The notes under the pieces were generated by a model. The model was not told the DNA's origin, did no database searches, and saw nothing but the letters and a program-made list of their open reading frames with translations. Position numbers and translations under genes: made by a program. Below, piece by piece: positions 1-10,245 of a stretch of DNA of 64,000 bases (the stretch's first letter is position 1; every line of letters begins with the position of its first letter). Where the stretch lies: positions 1 to 64,000 of the IMG/VR virus record IMGVR_UViG_3300033120_000804; one strand, 5' to 3'. Source of the DNA: a virus (lineage: Duplodnaviria; Caudoviricetes).

Positions 1-2
1 TT

Positions 3-689
3 GATCCATTTGAAAGTCAAAATGAAAGAAAATGGTTAGAAAAAGAATTAGATTTAGATCTAAATCATCATAAACAAAAAGAAAATCAATGGCATAAACT
101 TAGTTTATCATTAGCTAAAAATCCAATTACTTTACATTTAAATGATCCTAAACAGTATCTTCAATATGTAATTGCAAGAGCTAATGCTAATCAAATTGCT
201 AAATCAGCAGATGCTCAAATAACAAAACAACACAGATATGTTATTACTTCTGTAGATGAAGATATTAAAACTGAAAGTAAATCAGCAGATTTAAAAATCA
301 AATGCTACATGGCTTTAGGTAAACTTAAAGATAGTAAAGAAGACATGCTAAATTTCTTGAGAGTATATGGTAAAAAAGTATCTTCAGTATCTAAAGAAGA
401 TTTTCTTTTAACTGAACTTCAAAAAATCATTGATGAAGACACACAAGGTTTCTTAAAAACATATGAAGATAAAGATTCTTATGAAATTAAACTGTTAATC
501 TCAGATGCTGTAGAATGTGGAGCAGTAATTAAAAATGGCAGACAGTATTCATTGCCAGGAGGAGATCTGCTTTCAGCTACAGGACTACCTGCTACAATCA
601 ACAACGTAATTGAGTATTTAACATCTCCTGCTAATCAGGATATTTTAACAACAATTGAAACAAGAATTAAGAAATCTAAAGAAAAATAA
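3..689 (+). CDS. 5'-truncated conserved crAss-like protein (gene usually just downstream of the major capsid gene)
   Basis: The frame is open from position 3 (DPFESQNERKWLEKELDLDL...) into the 309..689 ORF, so the real start lies upstream of the window. Position in the head module. Confidence 0.65.
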   Translation, partial: DPFESQNERKWLEKELDLDLNHHKQKENQWHKLSLSLAKNPITLHLNDPKQYLQYVIARANANQIAKSADAQITKQHRYVITSVDEDIKTESKSADLKIKCYMALGKLKDSKEDMLNFLRVYGKKVSSVSKEDFLLTELQKIIDEDTQGFLKTYEDKDSYEIKLLISDAVECGAVIKNGRQYSLPGGDLLSATGLPATINNVIEYLTSPANQDILTTIETRIKKSKEK

Positions 690-692
690 TAG

Positions 693-1400
693 ATGACAGC
701 TACTGACATGGAAGAAGAATTCTTAATTCTTTATGATAAAATTACTAATTTTGATGCTCCTGGATATACACCACATGAGATCAGTAGATTTTTAACTAAA
801 GGACAAGAAAGAGTTTTTCTTGATTTGTATAATCCATTAGGTAATTCATCTAAAGAAGGCTTTGAAGAAACTGAAGCTAGAAGAAAAGAATTACAAGAAT
901 TGGTAGTAGGTGCAACATGTACTGTATCAGCATCACAAGTAGGAACATTAACAAATGGAGTTTTTTATGATTTACCTTCAGATTGTTTATTTGTTGTACA
1001 AGAAGAAATAGTGATGCAATCAGCTAATAGCTGTTTAAATAATAAAAAATTAAGAGTTAAACCAATAACTTCTGATCATTATGAAATAAATAAAGATAAT
1101 CCATTTAAAAAACCTTCAGGCAAAAGATATGCTTGGAGGTTGGATTATTCTGGTAGAAAACATGAAATAATATCAGATGGTACTTTTACTGTATTAACTT
1201 ATAAAGTAAGGTATCTTAAAAAATTAACTCCCATCATTATAGGAGTAGATACTGTTGACGGCGTGTCTGGACCACAAAGTTGTCAACTAAACACTATAGT
1301 ACACAGAAGAATAATAGATGAGGCTGTAAAAATGGCAACAGGAATTACAGACCCTCAGCTTTATCAAATTAAATCAATTGAAAAACAACAAGGTGAATAA
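693..1400 (+). CDS. crAss-like head-tail connector/ring protein
   Basis: N-terminus MTATDMEEEFLILYDKITNFDAPGY..EISRFLTKGQ and C-terminal C.L...VH..I.DEAV resemble the conserved crAss ring protein; synteny. Confidence 0.7.
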   Translation: MTATDMEEEFLILYDKITNFDAPGYTPHEISRFLTKGQERVFLDLYNPLGNSSKEGFEETEARRKELQELVVGATCTVSASQVGTLTNGVFYDLPSDCLFVVQEEIVMQSANSCLNNKKLRVKPITSDHYEINKDNPFKKPSGKRYAWRLDYSGRKHEIISDGTFTVLTYKVRYLKKLTPIIIGVDTVDGVSGPQSCQLNTIVHRRIIDEAVKMATGITDPQLYQIKSIEKQQGE

Positions 1401-1427
1401 TTATTAATTAAAATTAAAATTTAAAAA

Positions 1428-2645
1428 ATGGCAACACAATCTCAAAGAGATATTCAGTTACTATTTATTGGTCAAGCAGCTACTAAGACAACTGGAGATA
1501 TTTCTTCAATGAATAGTGGTGAGATCGGAATCTTTACACCTGGAGGTGTGAGATTAACTGAAGCAACTGCTGCTACAGCTCAAAAATTTATAATTGTTAA
1601 AAAAACACCTGGGACAGGGGGTATTCCTTTAGTTTCTGGAGTAATTGATAAAGCAACTATTAAATCTGCTGTACGAACAAATTATGTAGCATCTGCTGAT
1701 CAAGTAAGTATTGTTGGTTATAATGGAACTAATGGTTCTATTACAGTAGCTAATGATAATCGTTACATTATGCGTTTTAATATCCGTCAAGGAAGAGTTT
1801 CTAATTTAGGAGGTCTTTACATTAAACATGCATATTATGTAAGTGATACATCAGCAACACAATTAGAAATTGCTAGTAATCTAGTAAAAGCTGCTATTGC
1901 AGAATTTTCAAAAGAACCAGATAAAATTGTTAAAGTAGAGATGCTTTCAGATGATGCTGGAGCAGCACTTGGAGCTGGTACTTTAACTGTAGTTAATGGA
2001 AGTAAATACGTTGTAGCTTCCTCTGGATCTCATGGTGCATTACCTGGTAATGTAATAAGAATTGGAGGTACTGCAACAACAACTCCTGTATATGTAGTAG
2101 AAGCTGTTTCAGGTACTGAAATTAAACTTGCAGTTCCTTATCAAGGAGTTTCAGCAACAGGTGTTACAGGTGAAAACATTACGACACTTACTGGAGCATT
2201 TGGTGTTAAATCAACAGGTTTATCTTTACCACATAAAGTAGGAAAACTTGCTCAAGATTTATCTCCATTAATCTTTGATATTACTTTAGAAAACTTTGGA
2301 GGAACTACATTTACTAATACTGCATCAAGTGCAGGTAATGGTACTGAAAAACAAGTTAAAGAACTTGAGTTCTTCTTACAAGGTAATGAAGGTGATTTCT
2401 TAAGAAAAGGAGAACCTAATATTTTCCCTGATCGTACAGAAGCATCAGGAACTTATAATCTAATTAATATTGAAACAGAAGAATTGTACAAAGATTCAAT
2501 TGTAGCAGGACCAATTAGAAAAGGGTTTATCTTAGCATTACCTATTCCATCTCCAAACTATGCAATTACAGGTACTGCAGATGACATCACTGATGTACTT
2601 GAGGTATTAGCATTTGGATCTGCAAATGGTAACTTAGCAGTATAA
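1428..2645 (+). CDS. virion structural protein (auxiliary capsid protein-like)
   Basis: G/T/A-rich beta-type protein with a GxGTxKQVxELEFFxQG motif, followed by a strong terminator; crAss-like gene order. Confidence 0.6.
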   Translation: MATQSQRDIQLLFIGQAATKTTGDISSMNSGEIGIFTPGGVRLTEATAATAQKFIIVKKTPGTGGIPLVSGVIDKATIKSAVRTNYVASADQVSIVGYNGTNGSITVANDNRYIMRFNIRQGRVSNLGGLYIKHAYYVSDTSATQLEIASNLVKAAIAEFSKEPDKIVKVEMLSDDAGAALGAGTLTVVNGSKYVVASSGSHGALPGNVIRIGGTATTTPVYVVEAVSGTEIKLAVPYQGVSATGVTGENITTLTGAFGVKSTGLSLPHKVGKLAQDLSPLIFDITLENFGGTTFTNTASSAGNGTEKQVKELEFFLQGNEGDFLRKGEPNIFPDRTEASGTYNLINIETEELYKDSIVAGPIRKGFILALPIPSPNYAITGTADDITDVLEVLAFGSANGNLAV

Positions 2646-2665
2646 TATATACTAAATATTTAATT

Positions 2666-2694
2666 AAAGGGAGGGTTTCCAGCCCTCCTTTTTT
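2666..2694 (+). terminator. intrinsic terminator
   Basis: GGAGGG-TTTCCAG-CCCTCC hairpin followed by TTTTTT. Confidence 0.85.
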
Positions 2695-2705
2695 ATATAT
2701 AAAAT

Positions 2706-3272
2706 ATGGCAGTAGCTTTAAAAATAACATCATGTATTGATAATTGTAATACTTTATCTATATATGATAATACTTTACAGAATAGTGCAACAAATTTAGG
2801 AGGTTGGAATTTTGATAATCCAAATCCTTCTGAATCAAATAGTACTTATCTAGAAATAACTTACCCAGATAATACTATAGAAACAATAACTTTAGAGACA
2901 ATAACTCAACCAACAACAGTAACTACTAAATTTTTGTTAGCTTCTATACCTTTAACAGGAAATGGTAAGTATATAATTAAATATTATGTAAATGTAATTG
3001 ATTCTGAAGATGATCCTGGTGTAAGATTTACAAGAACTAATTGTATTACAATATATAATTTATGTTCTATAAGATGTTGCATAGATAAAATGTGGATTAA
3101 AACATTAAATAATGATTGTAAATGTACTAACAATAGTGCTTCTGTATTAGAAGCGGAATCTTTATATAGATTAGCATTGAGTGCAACAGGTTCATTAAAT
3201 GATTCTACAAGAGATAAATTAATTAAGAAATTAGAACGTATCTGCAAATTAGCAGATTGTAAATGTAAATAA
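2706..3272 (+). CDS. tail hub/fibre-attachment structural protein (Cys-rich C-terminus)
   Basis: Ends ..LERICKLADCKCK; first gene of the tail-fibre block. Confidence 0.5.
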   Translation: MAVALKITSCIDNCNTLSIYDNTLQNSATNLGGWNFDNPNPSESNSTYLEITYPDNTIETITLETITQPTTVTTKFLLASIPLTGNGKYIIKYYVNVIDSEDDPGVRFTRTNCITIYNLCSIRCCIDKMWIKTLNNDCKCTNNSASVLEAESLYRLALSATGSLNDSTRDKLIKKLERICKLADCKCK

Positions 3273-3273
3273 T

Positions 3274-3918
3274 ATGTGTACAGGAAATCAAGATTGCGGA
3301 GATTGCTTTGATACTGGATTTATAACCCTTCCAACTGGAGATACTGGTCTACAAGGTCCTATTGGTATTCCCGGTGTAGATGGTATTGATGGGACAAATG
3401 GTATTGATGGAGGATACATTAATGCTTCTTCAATAGCAGATAATGGGTTATTCTCAGGAAATAATACAACTATTACATTGGCAACCGTACCAGTAGTACT
3501 TGTTAATGACTTAGATAGACTTAGATTAAAGATCTTATATGAAAATAATATCCCCCCAGTTTCACAAGGTTTAGGTTTAAATTTTGAGTTATTTGGTACT
3601 AATGGAACTTATTTACATTTACATGCTACCCCACAGAATTATGGTAATTCTTATTTTAAATTTCCTTTTGATTCTGAACAAGCAGTAATAGAAATTGAAT
3701 TAGTAAGAGTTTCAAATACTGAAATAATATCTACTATTAAATGTAGTATTTGTTCATCTGGAGTAGCTGATGATATTATTAGTTATAATGCTTATAGTTT
3801 AGCTACAGGATTTGATTTAGATATTAATTCTTATTCAGTTAGATTAAGTTCTTTTTTCCCTAGTGCAGCTACTATAAAAATAGTAGGAATTTTTACAGAT
3901 AAAATATTAGCTAACTAA
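3274..3918 (+). CDS. collagen-repeat fibre protein
   Basis: GDTGLQGPIGIPGVDGIDGTNGIDG Gly-X-Y repeat after a Cys-rich N-terminus. Confidence 0.6.
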   Translation: MCTGNQDCGDCFDTGFITLPTGDTGLQGPIGIPGVDGIDGTNGIDGGYINASSIADNGLFSGNNTTITLATVPVVLVNDLDRLRLKILYENNIPPVSQGLGLNFELFGTNGTYLHLHATPQNYGNSYFKFPFDSEQAVIEIELVRVSNTEIISTIKCSICSSGVADDIISYNAYSLATGFDLDINSYSVRLSSFFPSAATIKIVGIFTDKILAN

Positions 3919-3919
3919 G

Positions 3920-4489
3920 ATGACTAATAATCAAAAAATAACTTGGATTCAGTATTTTCAATATTTACATTCTTTATGGGGAGAAGAATTTAATAATAAA
4001 CTATCTTTAGGAGAATGTTCTAAAAAAATGTTAGAAGAAAATTCTATTATATCTAATTTAATATCCATATTCTATAGATATAAACCCTTTGATCAAGAAG
4101 TAACCAATGCTTATAAATTTAAAATTAATTTTAATAGTTATACTAGCAATGAGTTTGAATTAACTTACAATCAAAATGGGTCTGATTTATTTACTTTTAT
4201 AGGTATTAAAGAGGAAGTAATTACTTACATACTAACTGAATTAAATTCAACTTCTGATTTAATAGCATTTTACAATACTGATTATATATATGTATATTCA
4301 TATAATACTATTTATACTTATTCTGATTTACCTATTATAACAATAGTACCAGATAGTGAAGATGATATTACAGTTACTATTGATACTTTATTAAATCAAA
4401 CTGATGAAATATTAAATACATTAAATTGTCTAACATTAGATGAAATGTGTTTAATAAAACAAAAATTACTATCATTATTAAAAAATTAA
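3920..4489 (+). CDS. putative tail hub/structural protein
   Basis: 189-aa ORF in the tail operon; NCLTLDEMC at the C-terminus. Confidence 0.45.
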   Translation: MTNNQKITWIQYFQYLHSLWGEEFNNKLSLGECSKKMLEENSIISNLISIFYRYKPFDQEVTNAYKFKINFNSYTSNEFELTYNQNGSDLFTFIGIKEEVITYILTELNSTSDLIAFYNTDYIYVYSYNTIYTYSDLPIITIVPDSEDDITVTIDTLLNQTDEILNTLNCLTLDEMCLIKQKLLSLLKN

Positions 4490-4492
4490 ATT

Positions 4493-4864
4493 ATGGGATT
4501 ATTAGATGAACATAAATCAGAAATAAGTGCACTAAATGCATTAGTTCAATTACAAGGAGGAAGTGGAGGAACATCTGCTACTTTGGGGAATTTAGACACT
4601 AATATAGAAACATTAGTTACTGAACAAAATGCAGGAACAATTACTACTGGAATATTAGCTCCTGTATTACCTTACACTATAGCAGATGGTTTATACAATT
4701 CGTTTACAATTATAACTACAGGCTCTGTAAGTATAGATTCAATAACGGTTCCAGCTGGGTTGTCTTACACCTATTCTTGTAACTCAAATGAAACTCTTAC
4801 AGGTAAAGCACTTGCAAATATATCAGGAGGGTCTGTAATTATACTAACTCAACAAAAATTGTAA
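4493..4864 (+). CDS. putative fibre-associated structural protein
   Basis: 123 aa, G/T/S-rich, tightly packed in the operon. Confidence 0.45.
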   Translation: MGLLDEHKSEISALNALVQLQGGSGGTSATLGNLDTNIETLVTEQNAGTITTGILAPVLPYTIADGLYNSFTIITTGSVSIDSITVPAGLSYTYSCNSNETLTGKALANISGGSVIILTQQKL

Positions 4865-4865
4865 T

Positions 4866-6740
4866 ATGGGAAAAACAAACGTTAGCCTAGCTTCCTCAAT
4901 AAAAACTATAAATGGAAATTCTATTTTAGGAACTGGAGATTTAACAGTAGCTTCTGTAGGAACGGCAGTAGTAGATGTTATAGCCTATAGTAACACTAAT
5001 GCTGTAACTAGCAATGCTGTAGCTGAAAGAGCTATTAGTCCCTATCCCTTCCATGCTCAATCTACTTTTGATGGAATATCAGATAATTCTAAGTCTTTTA
5101 TAAAGGATTTAATTATTGATGGTGGAGACAAAAACTGGAGAGTTTCAGTATTTAATGCTCAACGTAATCTTTCGACAATCCATCAAATAAGAATAGCTGT
5201 TTATCAAGAGGATGGCATAACTTTAGATACAACTGTAGGCTCAAGTGGTTTGATTGGTACATTTTCAGTTGTTGGGTATGTAGAGCCAGCAGAGACAAAT
5301 GGTACAAGATTAGATACTTTAGAACTTACTCCATCTGGTTGTGATAGAATTAGATTGGTAGTTGATTGGAATAAATTAGCTAGTGGAGCACAAATACTAC
5401 CTAAAAATTACAACACATATGGTTTTGATTCCAAATGTTTTAAAGATAATTTTGTCTATGGTAATTCTATTAAAAGCGAGCTACCTTTAGCTGAGGAAAA
5501 TGTTTGGGAGCGTCAGAATATACTAACACTAGGAAATTTAAAAGAGGCTATTTTAGACTGTAAAATTTACGGCGCATCAGCAACTAAAAGATATGGGGTA
5601 GAACAATTAAGAATGGATACAAACCCATCTTCTAGAAGTTTTATATCTATATGTGAATTCTCAGAAACAGGGGTAAAAGGAAGTAGAGTTGCAATATTTG
5701 ACAATTTAACATATACTCTTCCAACAGCTGTTAATGGAAGACAAATTTCTGATTTAACATTAGTAGAATCTTCTGGTTCAGGTATTGTTGCTGAAATAAA
5801 AATAGATTGGGCTAAAATACCAAGAAGTGGTACATTTTGGAATGGCTCTGGTTATTGGTATACAAATACTTTTCAAAAAAGAGACGGTATTTTTTCTCAA
5901 AAGACATATCAATCTACATATACCCCTAATGGTTATTTTGTTAAAAACTTCCAAATTGATGGAGTAGATTGTAGATTAACGACATCTGATGGGTATACTA
6001 ACACGGGGGAAAGTGATTATTTAATGTTATTAATGCATGGAAATGGAGGAGATTACACTTATACCCCATCTGCTTCATTTGTAGCATTTTGTAAGGCAAA
6101 TAAAATATCTTTTGCCTGTACAAATGGGCAAGATGAAACAACAACTCCATTTACTACTAATGCATCTGGATGGGGAAATGAAGTATATTTAACAAGATTT
6201 TTAAAACTACAAAAACACTTAGCTTCTAATTATAATTTTCATGAGTCTGTTATATTAGTAGGGGCAAGTATGGGGGGATTAGCTATGGGTCATTTTGCAT
6301 ATACTAGGCCTTTCCCAATATTGTTTTGTCTAGGTGTTGGGTCTGTACCTGATTTAGAACTTATTTTTAATACAGGAGGAACTACTCGCAAAGAACCAAT
6401 TAGGAACGCTTATGGGATGGCATCTGATGGTTCAGATGATGCTAATTTATCTGTCTTTACTCAAGGGTATAATTGGAATAAAAAAGGATTAATAGAAATA
6501 GCATCTGTAGAACATAGATTATTTATGCCTCATATTTATTTATATTTAGGAACAGGAGATACAACAGCTACTGTAGAATTTGGAGGTATAGCAAATTATA
6601 ATAGCATAAAGGACTCTATAAATAGAACTGGAGGTTATTGTGTAACAAAAGATATTGGAAATAGTTACACTCATGCTGATAATGAGATATATAATCAGTT
6701 TTTAAGTGATGGTATATTAAATAAAGAATTAGGTATTTAA
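4866..6740 (+). CDS. tail fibre/spike with C-terminal alpha/beta-hydrolase (esterase) domain
   Basis: N-terminal IKTINGNSILGTGDL fibre motif; HGNGG oxyanion loop; GASMGG nucleophile elbow (6261-6278); GTGD acid and YTHAD His candidates. Confidence 0.65.
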   Translation: MGKTNVSLASSIKTINGNSILGTGDLTVASVGTAVVDVIAYSNTNAVTSNAVAERAISPYPFHAQSTFDGISDNSKSFIKDLIIDGGDKNWRVSVFNAQRNLSTIHQIRIAVYQEDGITLDTTVGSSGLIGTFSVVGYVEPAETNGTRLDTLELTPSGCDRIRLVVDWNKLASGAQILPKNYNTYGFDSKCFKDNFVYGNSIKSELPLAEENVWERQNILTLGNLKEAILDCKIYGASATKRYGVEQLRMDTNPSSRSFISICEFSETGVKGSRVAIFDNLTYTLPTAVNGRQISDLTLVESSGSGIVAEIKIDWAKIPRSGTFWNGSGYWYTNTFQKRDGIFSQKTYQSTYTPNGYFVKNFQIDGVDCRLTTSDGYTNTGESDYLMLLMHGNGGDYTYTPSASFVAFCKANKISFACTNGQDETTTPFTTNASGWGNEVYLTRFLKLQKHLASNYNFHESVILVGASMGGLAMGHFAYTRPFPILFCLGVGSVPDLELIFNTGGTTRKEPIRNAYGMASDGSDDANLSVFTQGYNWNKKGLIEIASVEHRLFMPHIYLYLGTGDTTATVEFGGIANYNSIKDSINRTGGYCVTKDIGNSYTHADNEIYNQFLSDGILNKELGI

Positions 6741-6743
6741 ATA

Positions 6744-7334
6744 ATGAGAACAAATATTAAAAATTATACAGATAATCAATTATTAAGTAGATTAGAATCT
6801 TTAAGTACGTTTAAAGGATGGAAAAAAGGTATCTACGATATTTGGATAAGATCAGAAGAAGATGAATACAATAAATTTGATGATAAAGTTTATACTTTTG
6901 AGTGCTTAAAAGATAATACAAAACCTGTATTTATAATGGTATGTACAGGTACAACTAATGCAGGCGCTCAAGGATTAAAACATTTTGAAAAATATAACAA
7001 AAAAGGATGTGCCATATTATGTGATGATATAATTATATATGATTCTCATATTTATGGACTTCATGGTAAAGATCAATATCCTGCTTATATACAATCTTTT
7101 GAAGTAGGTTTTCCTTACACAAGAGATAATGATAAAGATAATAAGGCAGAAAATTATGGTAAAATATATAAAGATAGAATAGGTGCAAATTGTCATAAAG
7201 CAGGAGAAGCTACTGTATACATTAATGGTAATTCAGTAGCCTGCCTAGTAAGAAATGTATTAAAAGAATTCAAAAAATGGATGAAGTTTATGAACAAAAG
7301 AAAATTGAGTGTAGCAATATTAAAAGAATTCTAA
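6744..7334 (+). CDS. putative endolysin (L,D-peptidase-like His/Cys motif)
   Basis: NKFDD, GTTNAG, RDNDKD and GANCH...NSVAC motifs; directly upstream of a holin. Confidence 0.6.
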   Translation: MRTNIKNYTDNQLLSRLESLSTFKGWKKGIYDIWIRSEEDEYNKFDDKVYTFECLKDNTKPVFIMVCTGTTNAGAQGLKHFEKYNKKGCAILCDDIIIYDSHIYGLHGKDQYPAYIQSFEVGFPYTRDNDKDNKAENYGKIYKDRIGANCHKAGEATVYINGNSVACLVRNVLKEFKKWMKFMNKRKLSVAILKEF

Positions 7335-7774
7335 TGGATAACCAACTAAAAACTCTTGTGTACAGTGTATTTATATATCTAAATATGGATACAGAACCCG
7401 TAACTATTTTTGTTTATTTAATGCTTGCTGATACAATATTGGGAGCTATTAAAGTATTAAGAATTAATCCTTCAAAATTTAATTTTAAAGAACTTCTTTT
7501 AGGGTTTGTAGTAAAGCCAGCTTTATTAGTCTTCCCAATGACAATTGCATTAATAGGAAAAGGCATAAATTATGACTTAACTATATTAGTATCATTATCT
7601 ATTAAAATTCTTATTGTTAGTGAAGGCATTAGTATTATTAGTAATCTAATATCTATTAAAACTAAAGAGGAAACTCAAGATTTTGATATAATAACAAAAC
7701 TTTTAAAAAAGACAAGAAGTTTTTTAGTTGGAATAGCTAATAAATTATTAAACGCTTTAGGTAAAGATAAATAA
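7334..7774 (+). CDS. holin (phage holin family 4-like)
   Basis: Three hydrophobic segments with LMLADTILG and SEGISIISN motifs. The likely start is the ATG overlapping the upstream TAA (7334), not 7277. Confidence 0.7.
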   Translation: MDNQLKTLVYSVFIYLNMDTEPVTIFVYLMLADTILGAIKVLRINPSKFNFKELLLGFVVKPALLVFPMTIALIGKGINYDLTILVSLSIKILIVSEGISIISNLISIKTKEETQDFDIITKLLKKTRSFLVGIANKLLNALGKDK

Positions 7775-7785
7775 GAAATTTATTG

Positions 7786-7793
7786 TATATTTG
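7786..7793 (+). promoter_or_regulatory. Bacteroidota-type -7 promoter box (TAnnTTTG)
   Basis: TATATTTG 14 nt before the ATG at 7808; the same box recurs before several other genes. Confidence 0.55.
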
Positions 7794-7807
7794 TAAAAAT
7801 ATATTAT

Positions 7808-8740
7808 ATGGATAAAGAAAAAGTAATAAATTTCCTTTTAGAAAAACCAGGATATTTAAAATCAGGACCTAGTGTCTTAATAGGAATGTTTAATATAACA
7901 GAACAAGAAGCAAAAGAGGCTTTAGTTGATGCTAGAATAAGACAAACTATGAACTCTATTAAAGAATTAGGTAAAGATGTACAGGAAGTAAATCCACTAT
8001 ATTCAGAATTCTTAGAATGGAAAAAGAAAAATACACCATTTAAAAGTAATAAAAAAGAAATTTTACCAGAGCCATTTTTAACAGGAGACCCTAATAATGT
8101 TTTAGTTATTGGAGATCTTCATGAACCATTTTGTTTAAAAGAATATTTATATTTTTGCAGACAGATACAAGAAAAAGATAATTGTGGTACTGTAGTATTT
8201 ATAGGTGATATTATTGATAATCATTTCAGTAGTTATCATGAATCTGAATCAGAAACATATGGTCCAAATAAAGAATTTGAATTAGCTAAAGAAAAAGTAC
8301 AAAGGTGGTACTCAGTATTTCCAGAAGCTTATGTAACTGTAGGTAATCATGATAGATTAGTACATAGAAAAGCTAAATCGGCAGGTATTGCAGATCAGTG
8401 GATTGTTGATTATTCTACTGCATTAAGTACACCAAATTGGAAATTTGTACATGAAGTAATACTTAACAATGTATGTTACAACCATGGTGAAGGGGGAAGT
8501 GCAAGAATGAGAATGAAAACAGAATTATGTTCTCAAGTACAAGGACATCTGCATTCTCAATTTTATATTGAATATGCTGTTGGTTCTAAATATAGATTAT
8601 TTGGAGTTCAAACAGGTTGTGGTATAGACAGAAACTCTTTTGCTTTTGCTTATGGTAAAAATGGACCAAAACCAGTAATAGGATGCGGAACAGTATTAAA
8701 TAAAGGTACTCTTCCTTGTTTATATCCAATGAATTTATAA
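7808..8740 (+). CDS. calcineurin-like metallophosphoesterase
   Basis: GDLH, GDIID, GNHD, HG and GHLH motifs. Confidence 0.85.
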   Translation: MDKEKVINFLLEKPGYLKSGPSVLIGMFNITEQEAKEALVDARIRQTMNSIKELGKDVQEVNPLYSEFLEWKKKNTPFKSNKKEILPEPFLTGDPNNVLVIGDLHEPFCLKEYLYFCRQIQEKDNCGTVVFIGDIIDNHFSSYHESESETYGPNKEFELAKEKVQRWYSVFPEAYVTVGNHDRLVHRKAKSAGIADQWIVDYSTALSTPNWKFVHEVILNNVCYNHGEGGSARMRMKTELCSQVQGHLHSQFYIEYAVGSKYRLFGVQTGCGIDRNSFAFAYGKNGPKPVIGCGTVLNKGTLPCLYPMNL

Positions 8741-8746
8741 TAAATT

Positions 8747-9430
8747 ATGGCAACTTACGCAGAATTAGCATATGATGTTTTAGATATACTAAGAAATAGT
8801 AATATATCAGATGATGAAAATATCACTATAGATCATATATTATTTCATTTTGATACTCAAAGAGATCTTTGGTTAAGAAATGAATATAACAAACCAGGTA
8901 GATCTATTGATACTCAAATAGAACAAGATCTTAATTGCTTAGAATTAGAATTAGCAGATACAGCAGATTGTTGTGAAATAGCAACAGGTTGTAGTATATT
9001 AAGAACTAAAAAAGAAATACCTAAATTAGTAGAATTTCATAATGGAATTGGATTAACTAGAATAGGTTTAGTATCTAAAATTAAAGTACCATTTGCAATC
9101 ATTCCTTATGAGAGAGTACCCTATGCTACTTTTAGTAAGTACTTTAAAGGAGTATATGCTTTTCTTTTAAATCAGAAAATATACCTACTTACTAATAATA
9201 ACTATGATTATTTAGATTATATTAATGTAAGAGGAGTATTCTCTAGTCCTAGAAACCTAATTGATTTTAAATGTAAGGATGAACCTTGTTTTAGTTATGA
9301 TGATGAATACCCATTAAACTCTTGGATGATTCCTTATATCAAAGAGCAAGTATTAAAACAATTTGGAATGTCTATTCAAATGCCTTCTGATGAAAGTAAT
9401 GATGCAGCTAACAATCTAAAGAAAGCTTAA
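8747..9430 (+). CDS. crAss-like tail ring protein
   Basis: SDD..I..HI.F, C.ILRTKKEIP, RGVF..P and YP motifs; synteny. Confidence 0.6.
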   Translation: MATYAELAYDVLDILRNSNISDDENITIDHILFHFDTQRDLWLRNEYNKPGRSIDTQIEQDLNCLELELADTADCCEIATGCSILRTKKEIPKLVEFHNGIGLTRIGLVSKIKVPFAIIPYERVPYATFSKYFKGVYAFLLNQKIYLLTNNNYDYLDYINVRGVFSSPRNLIDFKCKDEPCFSYDDEYPLNSWMIPYIKEQVLKQFGMSIQMPSDESNDAANNLKKA

Positions 9431-9976
9431 ATGGAAATCAAAGGAAAACAAAAGGAAAAGTTTAAAACAGATATTAAAACTAAAGATTTCTATAATCACT
9501 ATTTAAATTATTATCTAAGAGAAGATAAGAAAATAAACAAAGAATCAATTTACTATATCCCTTATAATACTTATAGCGAAATATTAGATGAAGTAAATTC
9601 ACATATAAGAGACCTTATTCTAAATGAAAGATTTAATTTTATAATGCCTCATAGAATGGGAGAATTAGAAATTAAAAAAACTAAACCTGAACCATATATA
9701 GATGAAGAAGGTAAATTAGTAAATACATTACCTATTGATTGGAAAGCTACAAAAGATCTTTGGCAAAGTAACTCAGAAGCTAAAGCTAATAAGAAGCTTG
9801 TAAGACACTTAAATAAACACACACAAGGATATGTAGCTAGAGTATGTTATAATGTAGCACAAGCAACATATAACTATAAAAAAGTATATAAATTCATTCC
9901 TACTAGAACTTTGGTAAGAACTTTAGCTTCTATTATGAAAAATCCAGATAGCAAAATTGATTATTATTTAAAATAA
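9431..9976 (+). CDS. IHF/HU-like conserved crAss protein
   Basis: MP.RMG.L.I.K, PIDWKATK.LW, N.HT.GY and YKF.P.R motifs; position before the tail tube gene. Confidence 0.6.
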   Translation: MEIKGKQKEKFKTDIKTKDFYNHYLNYYLREDKKINKESIYYIPYNTYSEILDEVNSHIRDLILNERFNFIMPHRMGELEIKKTKPEPYIDEEGKLVNTLPIDWKATKDLWQSNSEAKANKKLVRHLNKHTQGYVARVCYNVAQATYNYKKVYKFIPTRTLVRTLASIMKNPDSKIDYYLK

Positions 9977-9981
9977 ATTAT

Positions 9982-10245
9982 ATGAAAAAAGAAAATTTAG
10001 TGCAATTAAAGGACTCTGTTGAAATATGTAATACCTTTTCTGAGGAAAAAGATGGTATTTGCAAAAGAGTTGAAGTTAGAAAAGTAAATAACGGATACGT
10101 AATTAGCATAACTGAAAATGGGTATAAAGGAGAAAAATGGATTAATAATGAAGAAATGTATATCAGTAAAGTTAATCCTTTAGAAACTCCAGATAAATCT
10201 TATAAAGAAGTATTAAAAGAAGCTTTAGATAATCTTAAATTGTAA
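9982..10245 (+). CDS. hypothetical protein
   Basis: 87-aa ORF, translationally coupled to the next gene. Confidence 0.5.
   Translation: MKKENLVQLKDSVEICNTFSEEKDGICKRVEVRKVNNGYVISITENGYKGEKWINNEEMYISKVNPLETPDKSYKEVLKEALDNLKL

Noticed and set aside
7277-7333. Longer holin start from the ORF track
   Set aside because: It overlaps the endolysin end; the TAATG-coupled ATG at 7334 fits the pattern used elsewhere in this genome.
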